Below, piece by piece: positions 9,865 to 19,715 of a DNA stretch of 64,000 nt. Both the position numbers and the translations under genes were made by a program. The notes beneath the pieces were generated by a model. That model made no database searches. It was not told where the DNA came from and saw nothing but the letters and a program-made list of their open reading frames with translations. Origin of the DNA: an uncultured bacterium (GTDB lineage Bacteria; Actinomycetota; Acidimicrobiia; Acidimicrobiales; VFJN01); contig CAVWNW010000012.1 in NCBI GenBank assembly GCA_963756425.1, forward strand, positions 160,783 through 224,782, in the 5' to 3' direction. Numbering within the stretch: position 1 is the stretch's first letter; the number at the start of each line of letters is the position of its first letter.

Positions 9865-10938
9865 CTAGCTGTAGCGATCGAGGATGCTCGACTCGGCCAG
9901 CCGGGACAGGCCCTCCTTGATGGCCCGGGCGCGTGACTCGCCGACGCCGGCCACGTCGTCGAGGTCGTCGATCGTTGCCCGCATGATCTTCTGCAGGCTG
10001 CCGAAGCGCCCCACGATGCGCTTGATCACCGACTCGGGAAGGCGGGGGATGCGGGCCAGGAGGCGGTAGCCCCGGGGCTGAACGTTGGCGTCGAGATCGA
10101 CGATGGTGCCCGGAAGGTGGAGGGTCTCGGCCACGGCCCGGGGGTCGAGCAGCTCCTCGGTGCCCATGTCGGTGAGGGAGGCCATGGCCTTTTCGACCTC
10201 CCACTCCGACTCGGGATTGAAGTAGTCGAGGACTACCAGGCGTCGATCGTCGTCCACGCCCCCCATCAGCTCCTCGAGCTGGAGCTTGACCAGCCGTCCG
10301 TCTACGCCGAGCTCCACGATGTCGCCTGCGATCTCGTCGGCGATCCGCCGGACCATCTCGGTGCGTTGTAGGACGTTGACGACGTCGCGGACAGTCACGA
10401 GATCCTCGACCTCGAGGGCGGACAGCGCGGCCGTGACGCTGTCGAGGCGCTGCCGGTAGCGCTCGAGCGTCTGCAGCGCCTGGTTGGCCCGGGTCAGGAG
10501 GCGGGGGATGTTCTCGAGCGGATGCTTCTCGTCGTTGACGTAGACCGCGATGATCGACATGTCCTCCGACACCGAGATGACCGGGACGTTGATGGAACGG
10601 GCGACGCGCTCGGCCGTGCGGTGCCGGGTGCCGGTCTCGGACGTCGGCACGTTGGGGTTGGGCACGAGATGGACGTTGGCGCGGGCGATGCGGCTCGAGT
10701 CGCTGGCCAGGATGATGGCGCCGTCCATCTTGGCCAGCTCTGACAGCCGCTGGGGGCTGAAGGCGGCGTCGAGCAGGAACCCGCCCGAGCAGATGTTGAG
10801 GACCTCGGGGCCGTCGCCGACCACGATGAGCGCGCCCTTGTTGGCTTGGAGGATCCGGTCGAGTCCCTCACGCAGCGGGGTCCCCGGAGCGACCGCAGCG
10901 AGTGCGGCCATGAGCTCCGCGCTGGGCCGGGCAACCAC
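9865..10938 (-). CDS. disA: DNA integrity scanning protein DisA (diadenylate cyclase)
   Basis: GALIVVGDGPEVLNICSGGF...DGAIIL...RIARANVHL...GTRHRTAERV, plus a C-terminal HhH (VAGVGESRARAIKEGL). Confidence 0.95.
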   Translation of the reverse strand: MVARPSAELMAALAAVAPGTPLREGLDRILQANKGALIVVGDGPEVLNICSGGFLLDAAFSPQRLSELAKMDGAIILASDSSRIARANVHLVPNPNVPTSETGTRHRTAERVARSINVPVISVSEDMSIIAVYVNDEKHPLENIPRLLTRANQALQTLERYRQRLDSVTAALSALEVEDLVTVRDVVNVLQRTEMVRRIADEIAGDIVELGVDGRLVKLQLEELMGGVDDDRRLVVLDYFNPESEWEVEKAMASLTDMGTEELLDPRAVAETLHLPGTIVDLDANVQPRGYRLLARIPRLPESVIKRIVGRFGSLQKIMRATIDDLDDVAGVGESRARAIKEGLSRLAESSILDRYS

Positions 10939-11000
10939 GTGGCAATGCTACTGCCCTGGCTGGGAGCCCCTGCCGTACCGCCGGTCGCGCCGTCGAGCGA

Positions 11001-11033
11001 GGATTCGTCCGCACGCGGCGTGCGGACGAATCC
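11001..11033. repeat. 33-nt perfect palindrome in the radA-disA spacer
   Basis: GGATTCGTCCGCACGC-g-GCGTGCGGACGAATCC: 16-nt arms that are exactly complementary. Confidence 0.9.
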
Positions 11034-11053
11034 GGCGAGCCCAGCGACCGGCC

Positions 11054-11150
11054 CGAGGCAATGACGAACGCCGAGCCGAGGGCGAGGCAATGGCTAACGG
11101 TTTGAGTGCGCAATCGCCTCAGACTCCCGGCTGCGTTCGCCATTGCCTCG
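11054..11150. repeat. Nested inverted-repeat element, sequence variant of the GCGGAACC..ATGACCTC family architecture
   Basis: Outer arms are CGAGGCAATGACGAACGC (11054-11071) and GCGTTCGCCATTGCCTCG (11133-11150), complementary at 17 of 18 positions. The inner unit CGAGGCAATGGCTAACGG (11083-11100) has only a degenerate partner (11108-11120). The radA stop (11094-11096) lies inside the element. Confidence 0.7.
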
Positions 11151-12557
11151 GCGGTCGACGGGCGACAGTGCCGCGGGGGCCACCCGGGTGACGCGCAGCG
11201 CGTCGACGATCGACGCCGAGCGGGCCACGCGCATCCCGTCGGGCGGGTCGGGTGCCGACCGGGGCACGACCGCACGCGTGAACCCGAGCCGCGCCGCCTC
11301 GGCCAGGCGTCGCTCGGTGCGGTGCACCTGGCGCAGCTCCCCGCCCAGCCCGACCTCGCCGCACGCGACGAGGTCGGCAGCGAGCGGGTGGCCCAGCGCC
11401 GACGACGCCACCGCCAGGGCCACGGCAAGATCCGCGCCGGGCTCGGGCACCCGGACGCCCCCCGCCACCGCCACGTGCACCTCGCACCGACCGAGCGGCA
11501 GCTCGGCGTGCCGTTCGAGCACCGCCAGCACCTGGGCCAGCCGGCCGCCGTCGATGCCCTGCGCCGTGCGCCGGGGCGCGGGCGCCGGGCTGGGCGCCAC
11601 CAGCGCCTGAACCTCGACCAGCAGGGGCCGCTGCCCGTCGAGCACGGGTGCCACCACGGAGCCGGGAACGCCGGCCTGCCGGTCGGCGAGGAACAGCGCA
11701 CTCGGGTCGGGCACCCCGACGAGGCCCCCCTCACCCATCTCGTACAGGCCCAGCTCGTGGGTGCTCCCGAACCGGTGCTTCAGCGCCCGCAACATCCGCA
11801 GCGCGTGGTGTCGCTCGCCGTCGAAGGCGAGGACGGTGTCGACCAGGTGCTCGAGCACCCGGGGACCGGCCAGCCCCCCGTCCTTCGTCACGTGGCCGAC
11901 GAGCACCACCGTGACGCCGCGGCCCTTGGCGGCGGCGACGAGGCGGTGGGCGCAGCCGCGCACCTGGCCGACCGAGCCCGGGGCCGAGCTCATCTCCGGG
12001 TCGAACACGCTTTGGATGGAGTCGACGACCACCACGTCGGGCCCGAGGGTGTCGATGTGGTGGAGGACCTGGGGCAGCGACGTCTCGGCCACGAGCCACA
12101 GTGACGGCGGGCCCAGGCCCAGGCGCTCGGCGCGCAGCGCCACCTGGCGCGCCGACTCCTCGGCGGTCACGTACAGGCACGTGCAGCCGCGTGTCGCCTG
12201 GTCGGCCAGCGCCTGGAGCAGCAGCGTGGACTTGCCCACGCCGGGCTCGCCGCCGAGGACCGTGACCGACCCCGGCACGAACCCGCCCCCGAGCACGCGG
12301 TCGAGCTCCACGTCGCCGGTGGGCACCGGCTCGGTGGCGTCGCCCACGGCCTCGGCAATGGGGATGGGTACCGAGGGCACGTTGGTGTCGATGGGCCCGC
12401 CGACGCCTCCCCACCCCAGCCCGAGGCCGGGTCCCTGGAGTTGGGCCCGCTCTTCGACCAGGGTGCCGGAGGCGTCACACGCCGTGCACCAACCCATCCA
12501 CTTCGGTGCCTCGGCGCCACACGCGGTGCAGCGGTAGACGGTCTTGGTCCGGGCCAT
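11094..12557 (-). CDS. radA: DNA repair protein RadA/Sms
   Basis: It has an N-terminal zinc ribbon (YRCTACGAEAPKWMGWCTAC), the Walker A motif GGEPGVGKSTLLLQ, the KNRFG variant LKHRFG, and a Lon-like C-terminal domain. The last ~25 aa (..PVDRRGNGERSRESEAIAHSNR) are encoded by the repeat element. Confidence 0.95.
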   Translation of the reverse strand: MARTKTVYRCTACGAEAPKWMGWCTACDASGTLVEERAQLQGPGLGLGWGGVGGPIDTNVPSVPIPIAEAVGDATEPVPTGDVELDRVLGGGFVPGSVTVLGGEPGVGKSTLLLQALADQATRGCTCLYVTAEESARQVALRAERLGLGPPSLWLVAETSLPQVLHHIDTLGPDVVVVDSIQSVFDPEMSSAPGSVGQVRGCAHRLVAAAKGRGVTVVLVGHVTKDGGLAGPRVLEHLVDTVLAFDGERHHALRMLRALKHRFGSTHELGLYEMGEGGLVGVPDPSALFLADRQAGVPGSVVAPVLDGQRPLLVEVQALVAPSPAPAPRRTAQGIDGGRLAQVLAVLERHAELPLGRCEVHVAVAGGVRVPEPGADLAVALAVASSALGHPLAADLVACGEVGLGGELRQVHRTERRLAEAARLGFTRAVVPRSAPDPPDGMRVARSASIVDALRVTRVAPAALSPVDRRGNGERSRESEAIAHSNR

Positions 12558-12566
12558 GCTTCCGCA

Positions 12567-12606
12567 CCCTACGGAGGGCCTGTGACACCCAGGACCCTCC
12601 GTAGGG
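12567..12606 (-). terminator. Stem-loop downstream of the VOC gene and upstream of radA
   Basis: CCCTACGGAGGG-N16-CCCTCCGTAGGG, a perfect 12-bp stem. No clear U-tract follows it. Confidence 0.45.
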
Positions 12607-12626
12607 GCGGCAAATGATCAGCCGCG

Positions 12627-13400
12627 CTACGCGGGCGGCTGGATGAGCTTGAAGTTGATCCCGGACGGATCGGCGGCCGTGGCGAGACGGCCGTACGGGG
12701 TGTCCTCGGCCGGCTGCACGATCGATCCGCCGAGCTCGACGATCTTCGCCAATGTGGCGTCGGCGTCCTCGGTGCCGAAGTAGATCGACCATTGGCCCGG
12801 CACACCGTCGGGCAGGAAGGCGGTGGCGTCCATGATCCCGGCCAGCGCGGCCTCGCCCTCACCCAGCGTCGTGTAGTGGAGCTCGGGCGTGTCGCTGGCG
12901 ACGTGGGCATCCCAGGCGAAGACCTTGCGGTAGAAGTCGACCGAGGCGTCGTAGTCGCGGGTCTGCAGCTCGAACCACTGGGGGGTGTCCGGCTCGGCGT
13001 ACACGCCGAAGCCGGTGTGCGTGCCGGGCTGCCAGCCTCCGATGACGCCCCCTCCGGGGTCACTGACGACGACCATGCTGCCGAGGTCCATCACCTCCAT
13101 GGGTTCGGCCATGACCTGGCCGCCGTTGGCCTTGGCGGCGTCGGCCGTCGCCTTGGCGTCCTCGGAGGCGAGGTACACCGACCAGACGTCGGGCGCACCC
13201 GACTGGCCGTCGTTGCGCATGCCGCCGGCCACACGCACGCCGTCCTTGTAGAAGGTGAAGTATCCGCCGAGCTCCTCGGCGGGTTCGTCCGAGGTCCAGC
13301 CGAACAACTCGTGATAGAAGGCCCGCCCCTTCTCGACGTCGGACGTGAACAGCTCGATCCAGCAGGGGGCGCCGACGGGCGCCGAATCACGCTTGGGCAT
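12627..13400 (-). CDS. VOC/glyoxalase-family protein (two glyoxalase-like repeats)
   Basis: PCWIELFTSDVEKGRAFYHELFGW...WSVYLASEDAKATADAAKANGG, then a second repeat WFELQTRDYDASVDFYRKVFAW...WSIYFGTEDADATLAKIVELGG. The internal ATG at 13400 is preceded by GAGGAG at 6-nt spacing. Confidence 0.8.
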   Translation of the reverse strand: MPKRDSAPVGAPCWIELFTSDVEKGRAFYHELFGWTSDEPAEELGGYFTFYKDGVRVAGGMRNDGQSGAPDVWSVYLASEDAKATADAAKANGGQVMAEPMEVMDLGSMVVVSDPGGGVIGGWQPGTHTGFGVYAEPDTPQWFELQTRDYDASVDFYRKVFAWDAHVASDTPELHYTTLGEGEAALAGIMDATAFLPDGVPGQWSIYFGTEDADATLAKIVELGGSIVQPAEDTPYGRLATAADPSGINFKLIQPPA

Positions 13401-14268
13401 GGGGGACTCCTCGGGACTGGTGGAAACGGTGTCGGACGTTGGACGTGCCGGCGCGTCGGAACTCATCGCGGGCCGGGCGGCGGGCTCCCGGCTGCGCCGG
13501 ACCATCCCCACCGCCACCACCGCCACCACCGCCAGACCACACGCGACCGCGACGCCCGTGAGCGCCAGCACCCACCAGTCGCGGACGGTGCCCGTGGCCG
13601 CCAGGTCGACGGGCTCCCCGCCGAGCTCGGGCGTCCAGGCCGCCGCCTTCGAGTCGCCCGGCAGTTCGGCCGAGACCTCCAACGAGAACATCTCCGCCAG
13701 CGGCCGCCCCAGCTCCGCCTCGATCGCGCTCGGGATCCTGACCGAGAACCTCGCCCTCGAGGGCTGCCGCCAGGCCTTCGTCGCCGAAGGCCTCGAGGCC
13801 GCCACTCAGGTCGGCCGTGCCCTCGAACGTGAAGCGCGTCCGGCCGAAGCTGTCGTTCCGATCGACCCGGAGGTCGCGCAGCGGACCGTCCGTGCCGGCG
13901 ACCTCGGCCAGCACCTGCCCGGCCTCCTCGGGCGTCCCGAAGGGCTTGGTCGCCCGGATCCACACGAACCCGTCGTCGGCCGAGCCCGCCGGCCCGGAGA
14001 CGTGCCAGCCGGCCGCAGCCAGGTCGTCGGTCCGCACCAAGCGGGTGAGATCGGCGGTGGTGGACCGGCCGTCGTCGTCGAGATCGGGCACCCGTCCGAG
14101 GGCGTCGGCGTCCAGGCCCACGGCCACCGTGACCGTGCCCGATCCGTCCTTCGCAACGTCGACCGCCACGGTGGTCCGCACCTGACAGGCGGTGGCGGTG
14201 AGCACCACCAGCACCCCGAGCAGCAGCAAGCGAAAGGGCCGCCCCGAGGAGCGGCCCTTCGCGACCAA
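13401..14268 (-). pseudogene. LppM-like (DUF3153-type) lipoprotein gene with an apparent frameshift and no stop before the VOC gene
   Basis: The frame of 14268 gives a signal peptide and lipobox (LLLLGVLVVLTATAC) plus a domain up to ..GLEAFGDEGLAAALEGE. The expected C-terminal part (AIEAELGRPLAEMFSLEVSAELPG...) and TM anchor (WWVLALTGVAVACGLAVVAVVAVGMVRR) are in the frame of ORF 12627..13805. Confidence 0.5.
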
Positions 14269-14308
14269 CCGGTTGATCCCCCCGCTTCCGTTCAGTGGCG
14301 CTCCTGCG

Positions 14309-16843
14309 TCAGCCTTCGGCCGGCGGTGAGCCCCCCGCCTCGGCTAGCTCCATGGGCGGCGGGTTGAACCCCTCGACCGTGCGGAAGACGATGACCTTCT
14401 CACCCGTCTCGGGTTCGTCCTCGGCGTCGACCACCACGATCTCGCCGGCTCGAACCTCCTTGAGGAGGAGCTTCTCGGACACCGGGTCCTCGACCATCCG
14501 CTGGATGGCCCGACGCAGCGGCCGGGCGCCGAGCTGCGGGTCGTAGCCCTTGTGGGCCAGCAGGACCTTGGCCTCCGGCGTGAGCTCGAGCCCGAGGCCC
14601 TGGCCTTCGAGCTGGCGCTGCACCCGGGTGATCATCAGGTCGACGATCTGGGTGACCTCGTCGGTCGACAGCTCGTGGAAGACGATGGTGTCGTCGATGC
14701 GGTTGAGGAACTCGGGCCGGAACTGGGTCTTGAGCGCGTCGTTGACCTTGTCCTTCATCCTCTCGTACGAGATCGCCTCGTCGGCCCGGGCGAAGCCCAC
14801 GTTGGCCTTGCGCAGGTCGGCCGTGCCCAGGTTGGACGTCATGATCAGCACGGTGTTGCGGAAGTCGACCGAGCGCCCCTGGGCGTCGGTGAGCCGACCC
14901 TCCTCGAGGATCTGCAGCAGCGTGTTGAAGACGTCCGGGTGCGCCTTCTCGATCTCGTCGAACAGCACCACCGAGAACGGCTTGCGGCGGACGGCCTCGG
15001 TGAGCTGACCGCCCTCCTCGTAGCCGACGTAGCCCGGGGGCGACCCGACCAGCCTGGACACGGTGTGCTTCTCCATGTACTCGGACATGTCGAGCTGGAT
15101 GAGCGACGACTCGTCGCCGAACAGGAACTCTGCCAGCGTCTTGGCGAGCTCGGTCTTCCCGACGCCGGAGGGTCCCAGGAAGATATAGGAGCCACTCGGC
15201 CGCTTGGGGTCCTTCAGGCCGGCCCGGGTGCGTCGGATGGCCTGGCTGACCGAGCGGATCGCGTCCTCCTGGCCGACGACCCGCTTGTGCAGCTCGTCCT
15301 CCATGCGCAGCAGCTTCTGCGTCTCTTCCTCGGTGAGCTTGTAGACGGGGATGCCGGTCCACACCGAGAGCACCTCGGCGATGGCCTCCTCGTCGACCTC
15401 GTCGAACAGGTCGACGCCGGAGTCCTTGATCTCGCGCTCCTTGGACTCCTTGCGGGCCAGCAGCTCCTTCTCGGCGTCGCGCAGGCGCCCGGCCTCCTCG
15501 AAGTCCTGCGACTCGACCGCCTTCTTCTTCTGCTCGACCACCTGGGCCAGCTCGTTCTCGAGGTCCTTGTAGTCGCCGGGGGTCTGCATGCGCTTGATGC
15601 GCAACCGGCTGCCGGCCTCGTCGATGAGGTCGATGGCCTTGTCGGGCAGAAACCGGTCGGAGATGTAGCGATCGGCCAGGTTGGCCGAGGCCACTAGGGC
15701 CTGATCGGTGATCGTGACGCGGTGGTGGGCCTCGTAGCGGTCACGCAGGCCCTTGAGGATCTCGATGGTGTGGGCGACCGTGGGTTCGTCGACCGTGATC
15801 TTCGCGAAGCGCCGTTCCAGTGCGGCGTCCTTCTCGAGGTGCTTGCGGTACTCGTCGAGCGTCGTGGCGCCGATGGTCTGGAGCTCGCCCCGGGCCAGCA
15901 TGGGCTTGAGGATCGACGCGGCGTCGATGGCACCCTCGGCGGCGCCTGCGCCCACCAGGGTGTGGATCTCGTCGATGAACAGGATGATGTCGCCGCGCGT
16001 GCGGATCTCCTTGAGCACCTTCTTCAGGCGCTCCTCGAAGTCGCCGCGGTAGCGGCTGCCGGCGACCAACGCCCCCAGGTCGAGGGTGTACAGCTGCTTG
16101 CCATTGAGGGTCTCCGGCACGTCGTTGGACACGATGTTCTGTGCCAGGCCCTCGACGATCGCCGTCTTGCCGACCCCGGGCTCGCCCACCAGCACCGGGT
16201 TGTTCTTGGTGCGGCGGGACAGCACCTGCATGACCCGCTCCATCTCGCGGCCCCGGCCGATGACCGGGTCGAGCTTCTTCTCGCGGGCCAGCTGGGTCAG
16301 GTTGCGCCCGAACTGGTCGAGCACCAGCGAGCCGGTGGGCTGGGACTCGGAGGAGCCGCCACCCGCCGTGGCGCCCGCCTTCTCGGGGCCGGGTCCGCCG
16401 GAGCCCTGGTAGCCCGATAGGAGCTGGATGACCTGCTGGCGCACCCGCGACAGGTCGGCGCCCAGCTTGACCAGCACCTGGGCGGCCACACCCTCGCCCT
16501 CCCGGATCAGGCCGAGGAGGATGTGCTCGGTGCCGATGTAGTTGTGCCCCAGTTGCAGCGCCTCCCGCAGCGACAGCTCCAGGACCTTCTTCGCGCGGGG
16601 CGTGAACGGGATGTGCCCAGAGGGCGACGAGCCACCCTGGCCGATGATCTCTTCAACCTGCTGGCGAACGGCCTCCAGGCTGATGCCCAGCGACTCGAGC
16701 GCCTTGGCCGCGACACCCTCGCCCTCGTGGATGAGGCCCAGGAGGATGTGCTCGGTGCCGATGTAGTTGTGGTTGAGGAGCCGGGCTTCTTCCTGGGCCA
16801 GGACGACCACTCGGCGAGCCCGGTCGGTGAACCGTTCGAACAA
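14309..16843 (-). CDS. clpC1: ATP-dependent Clp protease ATP-binding subunit ClpC1
   Basis: 844 aa. It starts [37 protein letters not shown] and has two AAA+ modules ([15 protein letters not shown]; [15 protein letters not shown]). Confidence 0.97.
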   Translation of the reverse strand: MFERFTDRARRVVVLAQEEARLLNHNYIGTEHILLGLIHEGEGVAAKALESLGISLEAVRQQVEEIIGQGGSSPSGHIPFTPRAKKVLELSLREALQLGHNYIGTEHILLGLIREGEGVAAQVLVKLGADLSRVRQQVIQLLSGYQGSGGPGPEKAGATAGGGSSESQPTGSLVLDQFGRNLTQLAREKKLDPVIGRGREMERVMQVLSRRTKNNPVLVGEPGVGKTAIVEGLAQNIVSNDVPETLNGKQLYTLDLGALVAGSRYRGDFEERLKKVLKEIRTRGDIILFIDEIHTLVGAGAAEGAIDAASILKPMLARGELQTIGATTLDEYRKHLEKDAALERRFAKITVDEPTVAHTIEILKGLRDRYEAHHRVTITDQALVASANLADRYISDRFLPDKAIDLIDEAGSRLRIKRMQTPGDYKDLENELAQVVEQKKKAVESQDFEEAGRLRDAEKELLARKESKEREIKDSGVDLFDEVDEEAIAEVLSVWTGIPVYKLTEEETQKLLRMEDELHKRVVGQEDAIRSVSQAIRRTRAGLKDPKRPSGSYIFLGPSGVGKTELAKTLAEFLFGDESSLIQLDMSEYMEKHTVSRLVGSPPGYVGYEEGGQLTEAVRRKPFSVVLFDEIEKAHPDVFNTLLQILEEGRLTDAQGRSVDFRNTVLIMTSNLGTADLRKANVGFARADEAISYERMKDKVNDALKTQFRPEFLNRIDDTIVFHELSTDEVTQIVDLMITRVQRQLEGQGLGLELTPEAKVLLAHKGYDPQLGARPLRRAIQRMVEDPVSEKLLLKEVRAGEIVVVDAEDEPETGEKVIVFRTVEGFNPPPMELAEAGGSPPAEG

Positions 16844-16986
16844 GTCTTGCCTCCCGCCAGTCGGGGGATCCGTGGGGAAACTCTACAGCCCACCCAGCCC
16901 TGCGACGCTTCCGGAAGAGCGATGGCTGGGGTTCTTAATCCGATCGCGCGCGGTGCCGTACAGACCGTGCTGAGCTTGTGAACTAC

Positions 16987-17532
16987 TTACCCCGATTCGT
17001 CGTTGGGCGCCCGATCGGATTCATCGGCCGGTTCGGCGCCGGCCGAGCGCCGCCACCAATGCTCGCGCCGGGGTGACCGGCGGGGACGTGATGCCGGTTC
17101 GGCGGCCATCAGGTCGAGCAGCCGGGCGCGCACATCCGAGAGGCCTACCCGCGATCCGACGAGGATCTTGGCGGCGAGCCCCTCGCCTTCGCGGGTGATC
17201 CCGAGGAGGATGTGCTCCGTCCCGATGTAATCGTGGCCCAGGTCGAGCGCCTCGCGCAGCGACAGCTCGAGGACCTTCTTGGACCGCGGCGAGAACGGAA
17301 TGCGCCCATGTAGGGCGGCGTCGCCACGGCCGGCGGCCTCTATGACCTGCTCTCGGACCGCCCCGATCTCGATCCCGAGCGACGTGAGAGTCCGGGCGGC
17401 GAGCCCGTCACCCTCGCGGAGGATGCCCAACAGAAAGTGCTCGGTGCCGACGCACTTGTGACCGAGCTCCTGGGCCTCCTCCTGCGCCAGCACGACCACC
17501 CGGCGCGCCCGGTCGCTGAACCGCTCGAACAT
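16987..17532 (-). CDS. Stand-alone Clp N-terminal (double Clp_N repeat) domain protein, ClpC2-like
   Basis: [49 protein letters not shown]...[24 protein letters not shown], followed by an Arg-rich disordered tail. There is no AAA+ module. Confidence 0.85.
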   Translation of the reverse strand: MFERFSDRARRVVVLAQEEAQELGHKCVGTEHFLLGILREGDGLAARTLTSLGIEIGAVREQVIEAAGRGDAALHGRIPFSPRSKKVLELSLREALDLGHDYIGTEHILLGITREGEGLAAKILVGSRVGLSDVRARLLDLMAAEPASRPRRSPRREHWWRRSAGAEPADESDRAPNDESG

Positions 17533-17634
17533 GGCGCGTCCTCCTCTCCGCCAACCGTGCTCGACGCTACTGGGCAGGCCCGGTTTCGGCGTCGCCACCA
17601 CGATGACTTCGCGGGGGTCCACTAGCGTGACGCG

Positions 17635-18639
17635 GTGGCCGCCCCCAACCCGCTCCTCGAGCTGCCGGCCATGCCAGCGCTGCAGGAGCGGGTCGAGAAG
17701 CGGCTGCTGGCAGCGGTCGAGTCCGACGACCCGGCGATGAACGAGATGGCCTCGCACCTCGTCAGGGCGGGCGGTAAGCGGCTCCGGCCGCTGCTGGGTG
17801 CAGTGTCCGCCGCCACGGTCGCGGGTCGGGTCCGCGCCGGCGGCGACATCGGCGACGTGATCTCCGATGACGCCGTGACGGGCGGCGTGGCATGCGAGCT
17901 GGTCCACGTCGGCTCGCTCCACCACGACGACGTCATCGACGAGGCCGCGACCCGCCACGGTGTCGCCAGCGTCAACGCCCGCTGGGGCAACATGCGGGCG
18001 ATCCTCTCCGGCGACTTCCTGCTCGCCCGGGCATCGGAGCTGGCATCCTCGCTGGGCACCGAGGTGGCGTCCCTACTCGCCGCCACTATCGGCCGGCTGT
18101 GCGAGGGGGAGGTCCGCGAGCTGGAGCTGGCCTACAACGTCGACCGCACGGTGGACGACTACCGGGCGGCCATCGAGGGCAAGACGGCCGCGCTGTTCTC
18201 GACCGCCTGCCGCATCGGCGGGATCGTGGCGGAGCTGCCCCGCGACCAGATCGATGCCCTCACCACCTACGGGCTCCGATACGGCCTGGCGTTCCAGGTG
18301 GTCGACGACATCCTTGACGTGGTGGCCAGCGGCGAAGACCTCGGCAAGCCCGCCGGCCACGACGTGGCCGAGGGCATCTACAACCTGCCGGTCCTCCGCG
18401 CCCTCGCCGGGCCGGCCGGCGGCGAGCTACGGGCTGTCCTCGGCGGGCCACTGGATGCCGATGCGCAGGCGCGGGCATTGGCCCTGGTGCGGGCCGGCGA
18501 CGGCGTGGCCCTGGCGACGGCCGAAGCCGGTTCCCACATCGAGGCCGCGGTCGCCGCCCTCGACGACCTGCCCCCGTCGACCGCCACCGACGCGCTGGCC
18601 GGCGCCGCCCGCCACCTCCTGGCAGGCCTGGGGAACTAG
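17635..18639 (+). CDS. Polyprenyl diphosphate synthase (trans-isoprenyl diphosphate synthase family)
   Basis: The first Asp-rich motif is LHHDDVIDE, the second is FQVVDDILD, and GKRLRPLL is also present. Confidence 0.85.
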   Translation: MAAPNPLLELPAMPALQERVEKRLLAAVESDDPAMNEMASHLVRAGGKRLRPLLGAVSAATVAGRVRAGGDIGDVISDDAVTGGVACELVHVGSLHHDDVIDEAATRHGVASVNARWGNMRAILSGDFLLARASELASSLGTEVASLLAATIGRLCEGEVRELELAYNVDRTVDDYRAAIEGKTAALFSTACRIGGIVAELPRDQIDALTTYGLRYGLAFQVVDDILDVVASGEDLGKPAGHDVAEGIYNLPVLRALAGPAGGELRAVLGGPLDADAQARALALVRAGDGVALATAEAGSHIEAAVAALDDLPPSTATDALAGAARHLLAGLGN

Positions 18640-18675
18640 CGGGAACGGCATCATTTCGGTAGACCACGATTTCCG

Positions 18676-19248
18676 GTGCTGGCTACGTTCCCAGCGATGC
18701 CCATCACCCCAGACACCAAGGACTGGACGTGGGTGCTGGAGCGTCGCTGCCCCGAGTGCGGGTTCGACGCCCGGACCTTTCCCCGCGAGGAGGTCGGCCA
18801 GATGGTGCGGGCGAACGCCTCGGGTTGGCAGGACGTTCTCGCCCGGCCCGACGGCCTCACAACCCGGCCGGCCGACGACCGCTGGTCGGCGTTGGAATAC
18901 GCCTGCCACGTACGGGACGTGTTCCGCATCTACGACCGGCGCCTGGAGATGATGCTCACGGAGGACGACCCCCACTTCCCAAACTGGGACCAGGACGCCG
19001 CGGCGGTCGTGGAGCGCTACAACGAGCAGGACCCTGAGGCCGTTGCCGGCGACATCACGACCGGCGCCGCTCGGCTGGCGGATCGCTTCGACGGCGTGTC
19101 CGGGGACACGTGGCAGCGCACAGGCAACCGAAGTGACGGCGCCCGCTTCACGGTGGAGTCATTCGCCAGGTACCTGGTCCACGATCCCGTGCACCACCTC
19201 GACGACGTCGCCCGGGGCTTCGCCAGGCTCGGCGCCCAGAGCTCGTGA
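18676..19248 (+). CDS. DinB-like (DinB_2 / mycothiol-dependent-enzyme-like) metal-binding protein
   Basis: WSALEYACHVRDV...YLVHDPVHHLDDV gives a His-triad pattern on a four-helix-bundle-type sequence. Confidence 0.65.
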   Translation: MLATFPAMPITPDTKDWTWVLERRCPECGFDARTFPREEVGQMVRANASGWQDVLARPDGLTTRPADDRWSALEYACHVRDVFRIYDRRLEMMLTEDDPHFPNWDQDAAAVVERYNEQDPEAVAGDITTGAARLADRFDGVSGDTWQRTGNRSDGARFTVESFARYLVHDPVHHLDDVARGFARLGAQSS

Positions 19249-19372
19249 GCTCGGGTCACCCCTAATGAGGGTCGATTCCGCCGGTCCGACATCGGCCCGT
19301 GCTCCTGGTTCGCGCGACTTGGCGATCCGCGGAATCCACCCTCCTAGGCTTGGGCGCGTGGACCATCCCTCG

Positions 19373-19666
19373 ATGACGCCATCAACTCGCCCCCGCACGG
19401 GGGTGGTGCTCGATGAGCGCACCGACGAGGACCTCGAGACCGGCAAGCCCAGGGTCGCGCACATCGTGCGGACCGAACCCGGCGAGTCGGCGGTCGCCAA
19501 GGTCACCGAGGCCCGCATCTACGGGTTCCCCGTCGAGGCGCTGTGCGGCGAGCGCTTCGTTCCGCAGCGCGACCCCAAGAAGCTGCCGATGTGCCAGGTC
19601 TGCAAGGAGATCTACGACCTGTATCGCATGGACAACGAGGGCCTGAGCGACACGCCTAGCTCCTGA
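19373..19666 (+). CDS. DUF3039-type conserved actinobacterial protein
   Basis: GKPRVAHIVRTEPGESAVAKVTEARIYGFPVEALCGERFVPQRDPKKLPMCQVCKEIY. Confidence 0.7.
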   Translation: MTPSTRPRTGVVLDERTDEDLETGKPRVAHIVRTEPGESAVAKVTEARIYGFPVEALCGERFVPQRDPKKLPMCQVCKEIYDLYRMDNEGLSDTPSS

Positions 19667-19715
19667 CGGCTAGGCGGCTGCAGCGGCCGGCAGCCGCGGT
19701 GGTGTGCACGTCGGA

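Noticed and set aside
13387-13560. Poly-glycine 'protein' (..SGGGGGGGGGDGP..) at the end of ORF 13387..14268.
   Set aside because: It is the alternate-frame reading of the GTG/GCC-rich codons that encode the TM helix VVAVVAVG in the other frame, not a real Gly-rich domain.
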